DNA of 64,000 nucleotides from Macrostomum lignano (Eukaryota): NCBI GenBank assembly GCA_002269645.1, contig NIVC01003488.1, positions 31,331 to 95,330 of the forward strand, read 5' to 3'. Shown piece by piece: positions 63,332 to 64,000 of this stretch (position 1 is its first letter; each line of letters starts with the position of its first letter). The notes under the pieces were generated by a model. It saw only the letters and a program-made list of their open reading frames with translations, ran no database searches and was not told where the DNA came from. The position numbers and the translations under genes were made by a program.

Positions 63332-63543
63332 TGTTGCGTATTGCTATGGCTAATGCAAAGTATAGACTTTTACTTCGAAAATAGTCTATGGTTTATGCGA
63401 CGCGATACGGTACTCTCCTTTGTTTGCTAAGCTTCGAATCTTTTCATTTAGGAGCACAAGACCCTAGGAGCGCGCTGCCGCTAAAATATAGCTTAATTTC
63501 AAACTACCATAATTCATTGACTTGGCGTTCCTCAAACAAAACA
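63332..63543 (+). repeat. 3' LTR
   Basis: Copy of 59154-59365, followed by TSD AAAGG. Confidence 0.97.
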
Positions 63544-64000
63544 AAAGGGAAGGGGATCAATCTTTGATCCGCCGAGCTATACTTGTGTACCAGCCTTTAG
63601 GGGATTATATGGACGATAAAATGGGATCTACGCAGTTTAGAACATTTCCCGTATCTAAAAGTTGGTACAACTAAGAAAAATCGGAGAACCGATGTTCGTC
63701 AATATATTCTATTTGCAACATGAAATTTGCAGCGGATATGCAACGGCTTATGGAAAAATTAGCTTACCAGTGCAATTTCCAGCTTTTTCTACCATTCCTT
63801 GAGAAAAGAGACTTGAAATGGCTGCTCTCTCTATAAACGAGCATAGCTATAGTTCCATGTTGGTCGTGCTTATTTACCCGTACATGTACGTTAAACAATC
63901 AAAAGTGCACCTGGAGGGGTGGCTGAGGACTGCCCTGCCCCTGTACAGTTTTCTTAAAACTTTATTACGCCCGTCGAAATTGTAACTGGGAGCATTTTGG

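Larger units (their letters stand above)
59154..63543 (+). mobile_element. Full-length Ty3/Gypsy LTR retrotransposon, Mag-like
   Basis: 212-bp TG..CA LTRs at 59154-59365 and 63332-63543 (1 mismatch); 5-bp TSD AAAGG; PBS; purine-rich tract before the 3' LTR; gag-PR-RT-RH-IN order. Confidence 0.97.

Overview
Eukaryotic, intron-containing and very minisatellite-rich DNA. GC-rich exons, short AT-rich introns and dense tandem repeats suggest an invertebrate, plausibly a flatworm such as Macrostomum (inference). Genes rebuilt by hand from splice sites: a 3-exon Rac/RhoG-like GTPase (4715-6126 +); a 5'-incomplete gene of at least 5 exons fusing a Gcn5-type GNAT acetyltransferase to a PARP-like ADP-ribosyltransferase domain (about 15545-10716 -); a 3-exon VTI1A SNARE (20104-18581 -); and two near-identical copies of a 3-exon, ~1520-aa protein (26377-31138 + and 58369-53608 -). 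That protein has a J-domain, a Cys-rich module, a DUF1598-like core and a C-terminal domain resembling bacterial polymorphic-toxin RNase tips, which is complete only after splicing out a 102-nt intron. The two copies sit in a >14-kb inverted duplication around an N-gap and a 29-bp satellite. One arm carries a very young Mag-type Gypsy LTR retrotransposon (59154-63543) whose empty site is visible in the other arm. Also present: a foldback/Mutator-like element with a 9-bp TSD, two SINE families, decayed Tc1-like and LINE remnants, and more than 20 tandem repeats. Most long ORFs in the supplied track are translations of repeats.
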